Of a DNA stretch of 63,932 bases, positions 45,695 through 56,897 are shown in pieces; within the stretch, counting starts at the first letter, position 1, and each line of letters begins with the position of its first letter. Source of the stretch: Saprolegnia diclina VS20 (taxonomy: Eukaryota); contig NW_008246115.1 of NCBI RefSeq assembly GCF_000281045.1, positions 134,275 through 198,206 on the forward strand. The letters run 5' to 3'. The translations under genes were made by a program, and so were the position numbers. A model generated the notes under the pieces. That model made no database searches and was not told where the DNA came from. It worked only from the letters and a program-made list of their open reading frames with translations.

Positions 45695-47218
45695 CTACGC
45701 GCGATCCGCGGGACTCTTCAACACAAGATATGTTTGGCCGTCGACGACCTCGTGGCCATAGAATACGCCATGCATCGTCGCCAAGTCTCGGAAGTCGTCG
45801 TCGATCGTCATCGACGGCAGCACGACCGAGACGCCAGCGCACAGCAGGAGTGCTCGACCAAGGCGCACGCAACTCTTGCCCGACAAAAGGTTGTTCTTGA
45901 TGACGATGGAGACACCGACAGCGCTCGTCGTTCGAGCGACGGCCGCTCCAAGCATCGTCGCTTGGTCGTCTCCGAGGCGGCAGTTGTCAAACGTGATGAT
46001 TCGAATGCCTCGGGCAATCCAGCCGCGTAACGCCGGCGTCATGCACTCGAGTTCATTTCCCCACAGTCGACAATTGCGCCACGTAATCTCATCGAGGTCG
46101 CATGAGCGCAGCAAGACCGTCGCCAGTCCCTCCCACACGGACGTGGCCAACAGCACTTCGGAAAACGTGAGCCGGCGAAATGTGGATCGGCGCGCGGGCT
46201 CGAGCACACCGTCCATGAGGCACCAGCGCTGGATCGTGAGCTCTTCCAGCGCTGGAAACGTAGGCAGGACGTCTAGTAGCGCGGTGAGATGCTCGGTGAG
46301 GTTCCCGCGCGTAGAGCCGACGCAGAGCGAGCCAAGGTTTGGACTGCGGAGATGCTGCAAAAGCGTCAATACCGCGGGCATGTTGGCTGCCGGCACCGCG
46401 AGATGCAGGTGCGTGAGACGAGTGAAGGCGGCTGCGACGGGCAAAAGCCGTGCGAGCAGCTCGGGGGCTTGAAACGTGAGCGCAAGATGCGAGAGAGTAG
46501 TCGTTTTGCAGAGCATTGACGCCAGCGCCTCGCTCACTGGCGTGTCACTGTACGCGTAATACGTAAAGTGCAAGTGCTCGGCGCTGCCTGACGCAAGCCA
46601 GCGCGCGACAACCGGGATCATCTCTGCCGAGGTCTCGAGGCAACAGACCGTGAGGCACCGGACGCGGTGGGCGGGCGTCGTGACGGCCTCGAGGATCTGC
46701 GCCCCCGATTCGATACCTTCGTGCACGTCGACGCCCTGAAGCTTGGTGCATTGCGTCAAGATGCTGCAGAGACGTGGGATGTCGTGGCGACGTCCAACGT
46801 GAGAGTGCGCATAGTTTGTGATCTTGTGGCGCCAGAGATAGAGCCACTGAAAATGGTCGTAGCCCAGTACGTTCTGCGTCAAGTCGAGATTGCGAAGGGC
46901 AACTGAGGAAAAGAGTGGCATCGCGGCCAGTGCAAGCGCGGCTGTCGCGGACGTGACGACACTGAGCTCCAGCACGGGCCAGAGCTTGCTCATGGCCTTC
47001 TCCGGATCCTGCTGAAAAAGCGCCGTCCGATAATTGCGCCGGACGACCTGCGCGGAGTCGGCCAAGAGCTTGTGGAGCGCGGTTAGCGACGCGCTGCGCG
47101 CCGAGGCCGGCAGGGCCGACAGGAAGGCGGCGACGTCTTTGGTCATCGGCGTAAACTGCGCGATCGTGACCAACGCGTGGTCCAGATCCAGGATCGTTCT
47201 CGCGGCCGTGGAACTCAT
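45695..47218 (-). CDS. RNI-like LRR family protein, copy 3 (intact, 507 aa)
   Basis: LDHALVTIAQF..VAAFLSALPASARS; AVTTPAHR shared with copy 2; ends YLVLKSPADRA. Confidence 0.8.
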   Translation of the reverse strand: MSSTAARTILDLDHALVTIAQFTPMTKDVAAFLSALPASARSASLTALHKLLADSAQVVRRNYRTALFQQDPEKAMSKLWPVLELSVVTSATAALALAAMPLFSSVALRNLDLTQNVLGYDHFQWLYLWRHKITNYAHSHVGRRHDIPRLCSILTQCTKLQGVDVHEGIESGAQILEAVTTPAHRVRCLTVCCLETSAEMIPVVARWLASGSAEHLHFTYYAYSDTPVSEALASMLCKTTTLSHLALTFQAPELLARLLPVAAAFTRLTHLHLAVPAANMPAVLTLLQHLRSPNLGSLCVGSTRGNLTEHLTALLDVLPTFPALEELTIQRWCLMDGVLEPARRSTFRRLTFSEVLLATSVWEGLATVLLRSCDLDEITWRNCRLWGNELECMTPALRGWIARGIRIITFDNCRLGDDQATMLGAAVARTTSAVGVSIVIKNNLLSGKSCVRLGRALLLCAGVSVVLPSMTIDDDFRDLATMHGVFYGHEVVDGQTYLVLKSPADRA

Positions 47219-47844
47219 CGCAGTGTGGCAGGATCAAACATCAACGGCCTTTTCTTGGGCTCACTCGCAATGCCAAACTCAATGAATGGTGTATTTCTCA
47301 AAACACCTGTCGCAGCTTGTTCCGACAGTGATTCCAAGTGCCATCAAGACAACAGTCGTCGGCAAACGCCGTCGTCCGAGCGCTTGCTCTCGGTCCTTTT
47401 CTTGTGGTCGAATTATTTGCACCACTGGGGCCTCTTCATAGTATCACTCTGAATCATAGCGCTGAAGCGACCTCGATTCGCGCATTTCTCAATACGCACA
47501 TTGTGCTCGTGAGCAAAGGCGTGTGTTCAAAAGAATCTCGACCGAGTCGATACACAGCCAGCACATCCTAGAGAACAACCTGCACTTTGCATCTCTTGTT
47601 GATTGAGCCCGAGAAACGACGTTAACCAGTGGCTCGTGGCGTAGGGGTAGGTCAGGGGAAGGGAAACAAACCCCGAAAAAAAGCAGAGTACTCCTGGACG
47701 CCTCGTACACGTTGATAGCGCCATCGTCTGTACCGCATCGTACGTTGCGTCCACCAGGGTATGAAAAACTCGTTTGGATATTCCTAGCACGTCCATTAGT
47801 ATAAAGAAAAAATGTAGTCGAATACGACCGACTACGGCGGACTA

Positions 47845-48850
47845 CTACGCACCCTCCGCGGGCTCTTCAACACAAGATGGGTCTGGCGTTCGACGACCTA
47901 GTGGCAATCGACAACGCCGAGCTTTGTTGTCCTGTCTCGGAAGGCGTCGTCGCCACCATCGACGGCAGTGCGAGACGCCAGCGCACAATGCGAGTGCTCG
48001 GCCACGGCGGATGCAGCTCTCGCCCCACACTCGGTGCTCTTGATGACGAAGGAGGCACTCGTCCTTGGGAGCTCCAAGCAACGGGATGTCATTGTCGTCG
48101 ACATATATCGCGAAATCGACGTGACAAACGACATGTAGATGTCGCCCATTGTCTAATATACCGAAAGAATTGTTTCTGAACGACAGCAACCTTGAGAAAA
48201 TGCAAACTCAATTTTGAAAAAATCGTCATCTGGCCGCACGCAATACTGTCGATGGCCGCGAGGTGGTCGAGCGAGTTGATGATGTCAGCACCGGCGGCAG
48301 CTCGATCGAGACGCCACGGCACGACGCAAGGGCTGGGCCGAGGAGGACGTAGGCGTTGTTTGGCAGCTGGCAGTGATATATCGATGTGGATGCGGACACC
48401 AACGGGGCTCGTTCTCGCGCAATGGCCGTCGCAACCGCATGGTCTTCTCCAAAGCCGACAAACGAGATTTTGCGGATACCACAATTGATCTACTGGCGCA
48501 GCACTCGCTCCATGGACGGTGTCCTCGATGAGATCGGCTGGACCTCGTACGTCCTGACGACGTCTAAGGTCCAGCCGATCTCATCGAGGACACAGGTGCC
48601 AAGCAAGCTCTTGCCAAGTGCGTTCCGCGCGCTTGGTAAATTTGGCTTTGAAAATCGTGACGCGATGATGCGTGGACGGCAGCTTCGCGACGGTATTCGA
48701 TGGGCAGCGTCTCCTGAACCTGAGTTGTTCGAGGCCCGGGCACGTCGGCAGCAAATTGAGCGTTGCAGTGAGCTCTCTGTCAAAGCCTCGACGCGGAGCA
48801 AGTGGTGCAACATGGAAGCGTCTCACAAGCTCCACGAGCGCCGTATCTTC
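47845..48850 (-). pseudogene. Pseudogenised, internally deleted LRR-family copy most similar to copy 3
   Basis: DNA at 47845-48000 aligns by eye with 45695-45860; broken frames give LTATLNLLPTCPGLEQL, VLDEIGW, ALALCAGVS, LPSM and QTHLVLKSP with stops and frameshifts. Confidence 0.8.
48519..48593. repeat. Perfect inverted repeat, 27-bp arms, 21-nt spacer
   Basis: GTGTCCTCGATGAGATCGGCTGGACCT (48519-48545) and its exact reverse complement (48567-48593). Confidence 0.95.
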
Positions 48851-49048
48851 TCAACTGACATGTGCATCCTTCTCCACTGCGCAGCTCTGAAACTCAATTG
48901 CGTATTTCTCAAAACACAACTTCAACTTGAACCTACCGCCATATTCCAGCACGCATCGGATCTTACAACCAACTCTCAACAACCGTATTGCAATGTCCAA
49001 TTCATGTATTATGTGCTTCATCAGCAAAGATACAAACACGCAGATTCC

Positions 49049-52000
49049 TTAGCCAAAGACGTCGCGCTGGCCTTCTTCTTCGGCGTCGCCGGCGGCTTCG
49101 TCGACCGACTCCATCGCGCTAAAGTTGTAGAAGTGCGTCTTGCGGTGGACTTCGTGGTAAAACTCCTTGGGGTTGCCGACCTTGACGTCGTACTTCATGC
49201 TCGGCGTGTGCTTGACTCCCATAAAGTTGTAGTTCCACACTTCCTCGTCTGGCACCATGTAGAAGCCCACAAAGCGGTCCGAGAGCAGCATCTGCACCTT
49301 CTCGTAGTGCGTCGGCAGGTACCCCGGCGGGCTTGGGCCCGTGTCCTTGTTGGCGCGGCCCCACTCGTACCCGGCCGGCGTCAGCTTGTACGCAGTGAGC
49401 GACGCCGACCCGGGCGTGAAGCTGCATGTGATCGCAATCGTCTTCTCGCCGTCCCACGACGCATTCTCCGCCATAAACTTGGCGTGGAACGACACGTCTT
49501 GGGGCGCAAGCGCCGGCGTCTCGTTCGGCTGCGTGTGGATCCAGCCGAGCGCCTCGAGGTTTTCGAGGTACTCGTGACTTGGCGCGGCCATCGGGATCGT
49601 GACGCTCTGGTGCGTGCCCAGCTGGGGCGGCACGACGATGCACCGAATCTCCTTGACGTGCGGGTTGTCGGGCGGCGACACACCGTAGATGAGGCCTCCG
49701 ATTTGCGTGCGGAGGTCGGCGACCGTGATGAACTTGTTGAGAATATTCTTCGGGAGCACGTACGTAAAGCCCGACTCGCGAATGTCGTCCGAGTTGACGT
49801 AAATGTGGTTGGTCCGCAAGTGCAAGTTGGTGGCCGAGATCGCGCGCACGCGCCAGTCGGTCTTGCTCGCAAACGAGTGCTGCTCGTACTGCGACGTGGT
49901 CGTGACCACCATGCCGTCACCGTGCACGTTGACCGTCTTGGTCGTCACGGCCGTCAACTGCGACTGGTCGCGCGCCTGGGCCTCGACCTCGGCGACCATT
50001 TGGCGCTGCTGCGACGGCGCCGAGATCTCCATCCCGAGGATGATGTCGCGGATCTCGCTCTGCGTGAGCGACGCGACATTGACGTTGTTCTTCTTGCCAT
50101 AGTCGTTGAGGATGAGGTCCTTGAGCTGCACTTCGAGCTTGAGCCAGTCCTCGTCCGTGAGGCTCGGCCAAATGTGGTGGTCCTGCGTGATCGTGGTCGC
50201 GGTCGGCCGCAAAATGATCTTGGTGCGGTCCTGGCTCACATGCAGCGCGCGCAAAATCAAAATCAACCGCGAGAACGCCGTGTACGACGTGATCGTGTTG
50301 AGCCAGTCGTCGTAAATGTTGAAGAGCACCATCTGCGGCTCGATCGCGCGCAGAATCAAGTCGCCAAACTTCTCGACCTTGAGACACGCCTGGAACGGCA
50401 GCTGCAGCTCCGAGCCCTTGATGACAATGTTGGGGAAGTCGAGCAAGTGCACTTCGAGCGGGTCGAGCATGCCCTTGCGCGTCACAATGATCTGCTTGGG
50501 CTGTTCTTCGACCGGCAGCGACCGAATGAGCGCGGCCACTTCTTCGGCCGTCTTCCACTTGGCGAGCTGCCCGAGACGCTTCTGGCCCGCCCACACCGAC
50601 GTGTGGATGATCTTGAGGAAGAGCTGGCCCGTGCGCGGGTTGAAGATGAAGATCGCGCCGTTGATGGGCTTGGTCGTCAAGTTGCCTTCAAACGTCTTGT
50701 GGATCGTGACGCGGTACACGTTCGTGTCGTCGACAAACCAAATGATCTGGTTCGAGAAGAGCTCGCCATAGTTTTGGCTGCTCAGGTACGGCTCGGTCGG
50801 CTCGCTCGAGTAGAGCTGGAGCCCCTTCCGGATGCGCTCGCGCAGCACGTACATGGCCGGGTTGGCCTTCATGATCTTGGCCATCGCTTGCTGCATGAGC
50901 GGCTTGCAGCCCGTAAACCAGTTGCCGTAGCCACTGTACAAGTTGTACGCGAGGTCCACTGCGAGGAGCACGCCGGTCGGCGACGGGTAGATCGTCATGT
51001 TGTCCGACGTGTAGTCGAGGAACTTGGCGCGCGCGTAGCGCTCAATGTCGTGCGAGTCAAAGTCGCCCCAGCGCAATTGAACGTCAATCCAGTACTTGGT
51101 CGACGTCGTGCCGTCGGCCGAGTCCTTGACGTCGTGCAGCAGCGTCGGCTTGCCCATCTGCCACTTGTACGACGCAAACAGCAAAATGTCGGCGCACGAC
51201 GAGTTCATCTTGTACGACTTGCGCGGGTGGATCGTCTCCTTCTGAACGTTCTCGATCGCGAGCGCATCGAGCTCTTGGTCAAACACCTGGCAGAGATCCA
51301 TGACCAGCGACTCGTGGATCTTCTGCCACAAGTGCGCGCGGAAGATCTGGATCAGCGAAATCTTGAGCGTCGGGATCTTGCCGTGCATGAAGATGCCCGT
51401 CAAATCGAGCTGGACCTGGAAACCCACGTACACGTTGGCGCGGTTGATCGTCGGCGACCACCACAGCGTGAACCGACGGTTGGGAATCTGGTTCAGACCC
51501 GACCGCTGCGCGTTCGTGAGCTTCTTGTACTTCATCGACTCTTCAAAGCCCGACGCCTTCTCCCAGAAGAGGCCCTCCCACGTCGGGAAGTACGTGCCCT
51601 TGAAGAGCGTGTGCTCGAGGATGCCTTCGACGCCGCCGAGCGCCTGGATCATGTCCGTGCGGTAGTTGTTGAGGTTCCAAAGCTTGCCGTCGTGGCGCGT
51701 GTGCGTCCACCAAAACGGGTTCTGCCGCAGCACTTGGTACTTCTTAAAGTCGGTGCGGACGCGCCAGCCCTTGTCGTACGCGAGCGTGTGCCGGTCCTTC
51801 TGGAAGAGCGTGTTGATGCGCGGAATACCGCGGTCCCACGAGTCCTCGAGGTCCTCGAGCGTCAGCCGGCGGTTCTGCGCCGTCGCCTCTTGCCGCTTGA
51901 GCGCATACTCGGCCCAAACGCGCTGCGAGTCGATAAACTCCGACTCCCACGGCTGCAGGTACCGGAAGAGGTTCGGGATGAGCTGGTCTTCCTCGTGCGA

Positions 52001-55000
52001 CATGCCCGACCGAAAGTGCGTGATGCCGCCTTCCGTCTGTTTCATGTAGCGCATGTCGCTCTGCGGGATGAGCACGTGGCCCATCGAGAGCATGCCGAGA
52101 CCGCCGAGCTCCTTGGGCGTGTAAAACACCACGGGCGGGAAGCGCGACGGCATCTTCGAGTTGAGGCCAATCTTGATGCGCGTCTGCATCTTGTTCTCGC
52201 ATTTGACGAGGAGGTCGAGCAGCTCTTGCGTCTGCACGACGGCCTCGCGGAAGTACGTCATGAGCCCAATGAGAGCTGCGTTCCACTTGTTGGCGACCTT
52301 GGTGAACGTGGTCGAGCCCGAGCTCATGAGGATCTGCCGCACGCGGTTCTCAAACGCCTTGATCGCCGCTTCGTCGACACGCAAGTACGCCTGCGCCGTC
52401 CGCTCCTTGGTCACGTCGTTCTGGAGGTTCCACACGCCGTCCTTGTGCGCAAACTCGTCTTCGATCGCGCGCGACCGCGGCAGAATGCGCACGTCAAAGC
52501 CGCACATGTTGAAGAGCAAGTTCGGGTTGTCCTTCGAGTAGACCGACACAAAGCTGTGGTCCCACTCGAGCGTCGTGAGCGACCGCGGGAGGCGGTTCTT
52601 CATGTCCCAAAAGGTCGCGCGGCCGAGGTTCACGTCGTGCTTCATGAGGCGCATGCGCGCGTCGCGCGGCCAGCACTTCTTGTTGTTGTAGCCGACAATG
52701 TTTTCGTTGTTCGGGTCCGGGTGCTCGGTCAGATAGCGCTGGATCAGGTCGCGCGAGTCGTCCGCGTCAAACTTGTAGACGACGTAGATCTTGTCAATGT
52801 ACCGCGTGTACATGCGGATCGGGTGCGACGTCTCGGTCGCCGTGTCCTTGAAAGCGAGGTACTCGTTCGGGAACTGGGGCGGGCCCGCAATCTCGGACGC
52901 GCGCGTGAGGCCGAGCATGAGCAAGTCGAGCACGAGGCCGTAGTACTGGAACACAAAGGACGCAAACTGCAGACCGCGGATGAGGCCGTACGAGTTGGTG
53001 TGCATCATGTCCTTGTACGCGATCACAACGTTGTTCTTGGCGGTAATGTAGTCGGCAATGTTGTGGTCGAGCACGAGACGCAGGAGCCGGTTGAGGAGCG
53101 TCAGATCCATCTTCTCGTACACCTTCTCGAGCTTCGACTCCATGACGACGACGCACTCGCCATTGTCCGTGCGCCAAATGTTGTCCAAGTTGTTGATGCC
53201 CTGGCACCACTTGTACACAAGGAGCGGCGGCGGCTCCGAGTCGCCGGGCTTGATCCACGACGGAAACAGGTGGCGCTTGTCGGCTTCGTACCACAGATAC
53301 TGGTCCAAGTACGCGTCCGTGATCTTCTCGAGCGGCTCAATCTCGTACACGGGCAGCAAGTGCGAGTAGAGGTCCATAAACTCCATGCCCATCTCCTTGA
53401 ACGCGCGCTGCGTGAGCAGGTGGCGCTTGATGCGGCTCAGCGCCTCGTGCGGGTTGTCGTACGCCTGCTCGATCAGCCCGAGCTCCTCGCGGGCGTTCTG
53501 GTTGAGCCGGTTGTTGGCCGAGTAGTTCTCCTTGAGCCGCTCGAGCGCCAGAATGAGCAGCTTCGTGTCGTGCTTGTACGAGAGCGGCGGGAACGGGATC
53601 GACGCAAACTTGCGCGACTCGAGCCAGTGCACGGTCGTCGTGTACACCGCGACGGCCTCCTCGGCCGAGACGTACGGGCCGTCCTTGAGGTAGTTGTGCT
53701 GGCGCTCCTGCTCGGCCTTGAGCCAGAGACGCGTGAGCCGCCCGAGGTTCTTCTTGCACACCGTCTTGTCGACCGTCGCGCCGCGCTTGATGCGCTCGCG
53801 GTTGTAGTGGGCCACGTTCGTCCACCAGTCCGCCTTGCTCTTGACGTAGCGCAGGATCATGTTCTCGATCGGCGCCGGCAGACCCGGGACCTTCCACGGG
53901 ATGTTGGCCTTCCAGCAGCGCCACGCTTCCGAGAGATGCTGCAAGATCGTGCGCGACTTGTTGGCTTTCACGCCTTCGGGCATCATGTCGAGGATGTCGT
54001 GCATGACGGCCGCGCGCAGCTCCAGATCAAAGTGCGACTCGACACGCTGCTTGGTGACCGTCTTGGCAATGCCCTTGGAGTGACGGCCCTCAAACTGGCG
54101 CGCGAGGAGGTTCCCAAGCCAGCGCTCGAGCAGCGGCACGATCCCGCGCAGGAAGAAGAGCCAGACGCGCCACGCCGGCGCCCAAAAGCCGCAGCCTGGC
54201 CCCTTGCCGACCGGGCCCGTGTTGAACCGGTAGTAAATGAGATGCTTGAGGTCCTTGCACATGCGCACTTGGCGCATCAAGCGGTACTTGTAGCGGTACA
54301 TGCCGGTGAGCTGCCCGACGTGCGCAAACGAGTACTGGAGCCCGTCGGCGAGCTGGAACGCGTCGACGTTGCCGAGGCGGTACTGCACGTGCGCGTCGAC
54401 AAGCAGCTTCATGAGGCGCAGGATCTCACGCGTGAGGTGGAACGCGTTACCAAAGCGCGACTTCTTGCGCTCCTTGGTCGTCAGCGTCTTGATCGGCTTG
54501 AGGTTGAAGTTGTAGTCGAGATGCAAGTAGTTGAGGTTCTTGCGGTGGATGAGCAAGTTGAGCATGTTGTAGCCCTGGCGACACACTTGGAGGCCGGCCT
54601 CGACCCAGTCAAGCTCGGTCGACTGAAAGAACTTGGTCGACTTGAGCGACTTGAAGAGGTACTTCTTGTTGAGCGCCTTGGGCGGCCGCGCGTGCAGATG
54701 GTTGAGCACCCAGCACTTGAGCAGCTTCTGGTAACTCACTCGGACCTTGACGGGCTGGCCCGCCGGGCAGTGCTCCTGGAACCACTTGTTGACGAGCGGC
54801 ACGTCCAGCGCGCGACGCGTCTTGCCCATGCGCAGGTTGAACGGCCGTGGCGCCCAGTAGAGCGCGATACCGCTCGCCGTGTTCTCCGTGTAGAGCTCCT
54901 CTTCCGACAGAATCGGCGCAAAGCCCATTGGCATCTCAAACACATCGTCGTCGTCGTCGTCGTCCATGGTGGCCGTCGTCGTCTTGCCGATGCGAAACTG

Positions 55001-56188
55001 CGAGATCGGGTTGATGATCGGGTCGAAGTAGAACGCCGGCAAGTCCGGGTCCTCGGCCTTGATGTAGCAGAGCGCGGGCGCGTGGTACGGCTGGATGTGT
55101 ACGGCGCGCGGGCGGCTGTTGTACAAGTACGGGAACGCGACGCGGTACTCGGTGCGGATCTGGTGCCGGATGATGATCTTGTTGATGTCGTTGAACTCGT
55201 TCCAGTCCTCGTCGTCTTGGTCCAAGTCGCGGTAGAGCGGCTCAAACTTGGGCCCGCCGGGAATCGCCACGTTGAGCGCCTTGGCCGTGAAGAACGACGC
55301 CTTGTCAAAGAGGTACTGGTAGTTCGGGTCGATGAGGTCCGACATGAGCTGGCTCGCCAAGCGGTGCAAGTTGGACATGATCGGGACCGGCAGCTTCCAC
55401 TTGCGGTAGCTCGGGCCGTTGATGTACTTCGAGTCGACGAGCGGCTTGGCGTCGTAGAGCCACTCGATCACGGCCGCGTCGTCGTCCTCGCCCAGCTCCA
55501 TCTGGATCGCCTCCGACGGCTCGACGTCGAGGATGTTGTCGCCATAGTCGAGCGGTGGCTCTTCGTCGTCGAACGGCGGGAAGCGCATGCGCTTGAAGTG
55601 CCGACGATCGCGCTTCTCACGACGCATCATGACCCACATCGTACCCCACTGCGCAATGTAGACAGGCTCAATGACCCACGGGATGTCGTTCACAAACGTG
55701 ATCGCGCCCGTGACGTGGTAGAGCACCTTGACCTCGCGCACTTGCTCCCACGGCATCGGCATGTTCTCGAGGAGCTTGAAGACCGCATGCGGCACGTACT
55801 TGAGCGCGCCAAGGTACACGCGCTTGTCGTGGCGGAACTTCTTGCTGCTCATGTCCCCGTGGTCCTTGATGATTTTGCGCACGTGCTCGGCGGGCATGTC
55901 GTCCTTCGTGCTCTCGACAAAGCCAAACTTGCGCTTCTCGCCGTAGCGCTTGCCCTGGCGCTTGGACCAGCGGTTGCTGCGCTCCTCGACCTCGCGGAAG
56001 AAGCTGTCCGTGGCCGCGTCATCGTACAGCGCCTCGCCGGCCGTGTACTCGTACTCGACGTCGGCTTGCTCCGCTGGCGGTGGCGGCGGGACGAAGCCAT
56101 GGCTCGGCGGCGGTGGCGGGACGCGACCATGCCCAGGCGGTGGCGGCGGCGCCAGGCCCGGCGGTGGTGGTGGCGGTGGGATGACCAT
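49049..56188 (-). CDS. PRP8: Pre-mRNA splicing factor PRP8 (2379 aa, intronless, no intein)
   Basis: Continuous ORF with hallmark motifs [66 protein letters not shown] and a C-terminal MPN/JAB (GWIHTQPNE). Confidence 0.99.
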   Translation of the reverse strand: MVIPPPPPPPGLAPPPPPGHGRVPPPPPSHGFVPPPPPAEQADVEYEYTAGEALYDDAATDSFFREVEERSNRWSKRQGKRYGEKRKFGFVESTKDDMPAEHVRKIIKDHGDMSSKKFRHDKRVYLGALKYVPHAVFKLLENMPMPWEQVREVKVLYHVTGAITFVNDIPWVIEPVYIAQWGTMWVMMRREKRDRRHFKRMRFPPFDDEEPPLDYGDNILDVEPSEAIQMELGEDDDAAVIEWLYDAKPLVDSKYINGPSYRKWKLPVPIMSNLHRLASQLMSDLIDPNYQYLFDKASFFTAKALNVAIPGGPKFEPLYRDLDQDDEDWNEFNDINKIIIRHQIRTEYRVAFPYLYNSRPRAVHIQPYHAPALCYIKAEDPDLPAFYFDPIINPISQFRIGKTTTATMDDDDDDDVFEMPMGFAPILSEEELYTENTASGIALYWAPRPFNLRMGKTRRALDVPLVNKWFQEHCPAGQPVKVRVSYQKLLKCWVLNHLHARPPKALNKKYLFKSLKSTKFFQSTELDWVEAGLQVCRQGYNMLNLLIHRKNLNYLHLDYNFNLKPIKTLTTKERKKSRFGNAFHLTREILRLMKLLVDAHVQYRLGNVDAFQLADGLQYSFAHVGQLTGMYRYKYRLMRQVRMCKDLKHLIYYRFNTGPVGKGPGCGFWAPAWRVWLFFLRGIVPLLERWLGNLLARQFEGRHSKGIAKTVTKQRVESHFDLELRAAVMHDILDMMPEGVKANKSRTILQHLSEAWRCWKANIPWKVPGLPAPIENMILRYVKSKADWWTNVAHYNRERIKRGATVDKTVCKKNLGRLTRLWLKAEQERQHNYLKDGPYVSAEEAVAVYTTTVHWLESRKFASIPFPPLSYKHDTKLLILALERLKENYSANNRLNQNAREELGLIEQAYDNPHEALSRIKRHLLTQRAFKEMGMEFMDLYSHLLPVYEIEPLEKITDAYLDQYLWYEADKRHLFPSWIKPGDSEPPPLLVYKWCQGINNLDNIWRTDNGECVVVMESKLEKVYEKMDLTLLNRLLRLVLDHNIADYITAKNNVVIAYKDMMHTNSYGLIRGLQFASFVFQYYGLVLDLLMLGLTRASEIAGPPQFPNEYLAFKDTATETSHPIRMYTRYIDKIYVVYKFDADDSRDLIQRYLTEHPDPNNENIVGYNNKKCWPRDARMRLMKHDVNLGRATFWDMKNRLPRSLTTLEWDHSFVSVYSKDNPNLLFNMCGFDVRILPRSRAIEDEFAHKDGVWNLQNDVTKERTAQAYLRVDEAAIKAFENRVRQILMSSGSTTFTKVANKWNAALIGLMTYFREAVVQTQELLDLLVKCENKMQTRIKIGLNSKMPSRFPPVVFYTPKELGGLGMLSMGHVLIPQSDMRYMKQTEGGITHFRSGMSHEEDQLIPNLFRYLQPWESEFIDSQRVWAEYALKRQEATAQNRRLTLEDLEDSWDRGIPRINTLFQKDRHTLAYDKGWRVRTDFKKYQVLRQNPFWWTHTRHDGKLWNLNNYRTDMIQALGGVEGILEHTLFKGTYFPTWEGLFWEKASGFEESMKYKKLTNAQRSGLNQIPNRRFTLWWSPTINRANVYVGFQVQLDLTGIFMHGKIPTLKISLIQIFRAHLWQKIHESLVMDLCQVFDQELDALAIENVQKETIHPRKSYKMNSSCADILLFASYKWQMGKPTLLHDVKDSADGTTSTKYWIDVQLRWGDFDSHDIERYARAKFLDYTSDNMTIYPSPTGVLLAVDLAYNLYSGYGNWFTGCKPLMQQAMAKIMKANPAMYVLRERIRKGLQLYSSEPTEPYLSSQNYGELFSNQIIWFVDDTNVYRVTIHKTFEGNLTTKPINGAIFIFNPRTGQLFLKIIHTSVWAGQKRLGQLAKWKTAEEVAALIRSLPVEEQPKQIIVTRKGMLDPLEVHLLDFPNIVIKGSELQLPFQACLKVEKFGDLILRAIEPQMVLFNIYDDWLNTITSYTAFSRLILILRALHVSQDRTKIILRPTATTITQDHHIWPSLTDEDWLKLEVQLKDLILNDYGKKNNVNVASLTQSEIRDIILGMEISAPSQQRQMVAEVEAQARDQSQLTAVTTKTVNVHGDGMVVTTTSQYEQHSFASKTDWRVRAISATNLHLRTNHIYVNSDDIRESGFTYVLPKNILNKFITVADLRTQIGGLIYGVSPPDNPHVKEIRCIVVPPQLGTHQSVTIPMAAPSHEYLENLEALGWIHTQPNETPALAPQDVSFHAKFMAENASWDGEKTIAITCSFTPGSASLTAYKLTPAGYEWGRANKDTGPSPPGYLPTHYEKVQMLLSDRFVGFYMVPDEEVWNYNFMGVKHTPSMKYDVKVGNPKEFYHEVHRKTHFYNFSAMESVDEAAGDAEEEGQRDVFG

Positions 56189-56897
56189 CTACTCGAGCTT
56201 CCGTGTGCGTCCGTCCGCTTGCCGCAGCCACAGAACAAAAAGTAGAATAACGAGACAGGCGTCCGGATACAATGCCGACCAACGATTGGCCAAAAGTCAA
56301 ATCTTTTTCCTGCCGAATCGCCCGGAGAAAACCCGGACTAGGTTTATTTCGAACGGCCCACTGTACTGCATACACTGGATGCGTGGCCATACCACCGCGC
56401 GCCATGGACTGGCGACTCTCGACCACGTTGTGGTCCATAGCACTCGCTTCTTGGGGACAAGGCTATTGATAGTAGTTGGCTCTTAAACCACTGAATTGCC
56501 CAAAACAACGGTGTACAATGGTAGAGTACTTGCACGTCATGTTGAACCACTGTACTGCAGTGTATATACTGTTTCGTCCAAAGCAGTGTCTTGAGCTGAA
56601 ACCAGTGTTTCACATTCCAGCGGCCTCGCCCAACAATGCACCTTGTAGCCGTCACATCGTTGCCGCTAGTGGTGTCTACACTAACATGGGTGGCTGTATT
56701 TTATATCCTATGGATGTCATTGCTCGTCTGAACCACCGAGCAGACAGCTGCGGAGCGACCCTCGCCGATGCTCGCAACAGGCAGCAGCCAGTGTTTCAAC
56801 CAAGATCCGATATCCACTGGCCGCGTCGAACGGCCGCGTGTGCAATATTTAGCGGTCGCGTTTCGGCCACTTTTTTCGTGCCACCGAGCTGCCGCCG

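Noticed and set aside
51541..51575. Possible PRP8 intein at the classic fungal insertion site
   Set aside because: The sequence reads [13 protein letters not shown] without interruption and the total length of 2379 aa is normal.
56070..56188. Poly-proline N-terminus of PRP8 as a novel feature
   Set aside because: Pro-rich N-terminal tracts are established for Prp8 in other eukaryotes.
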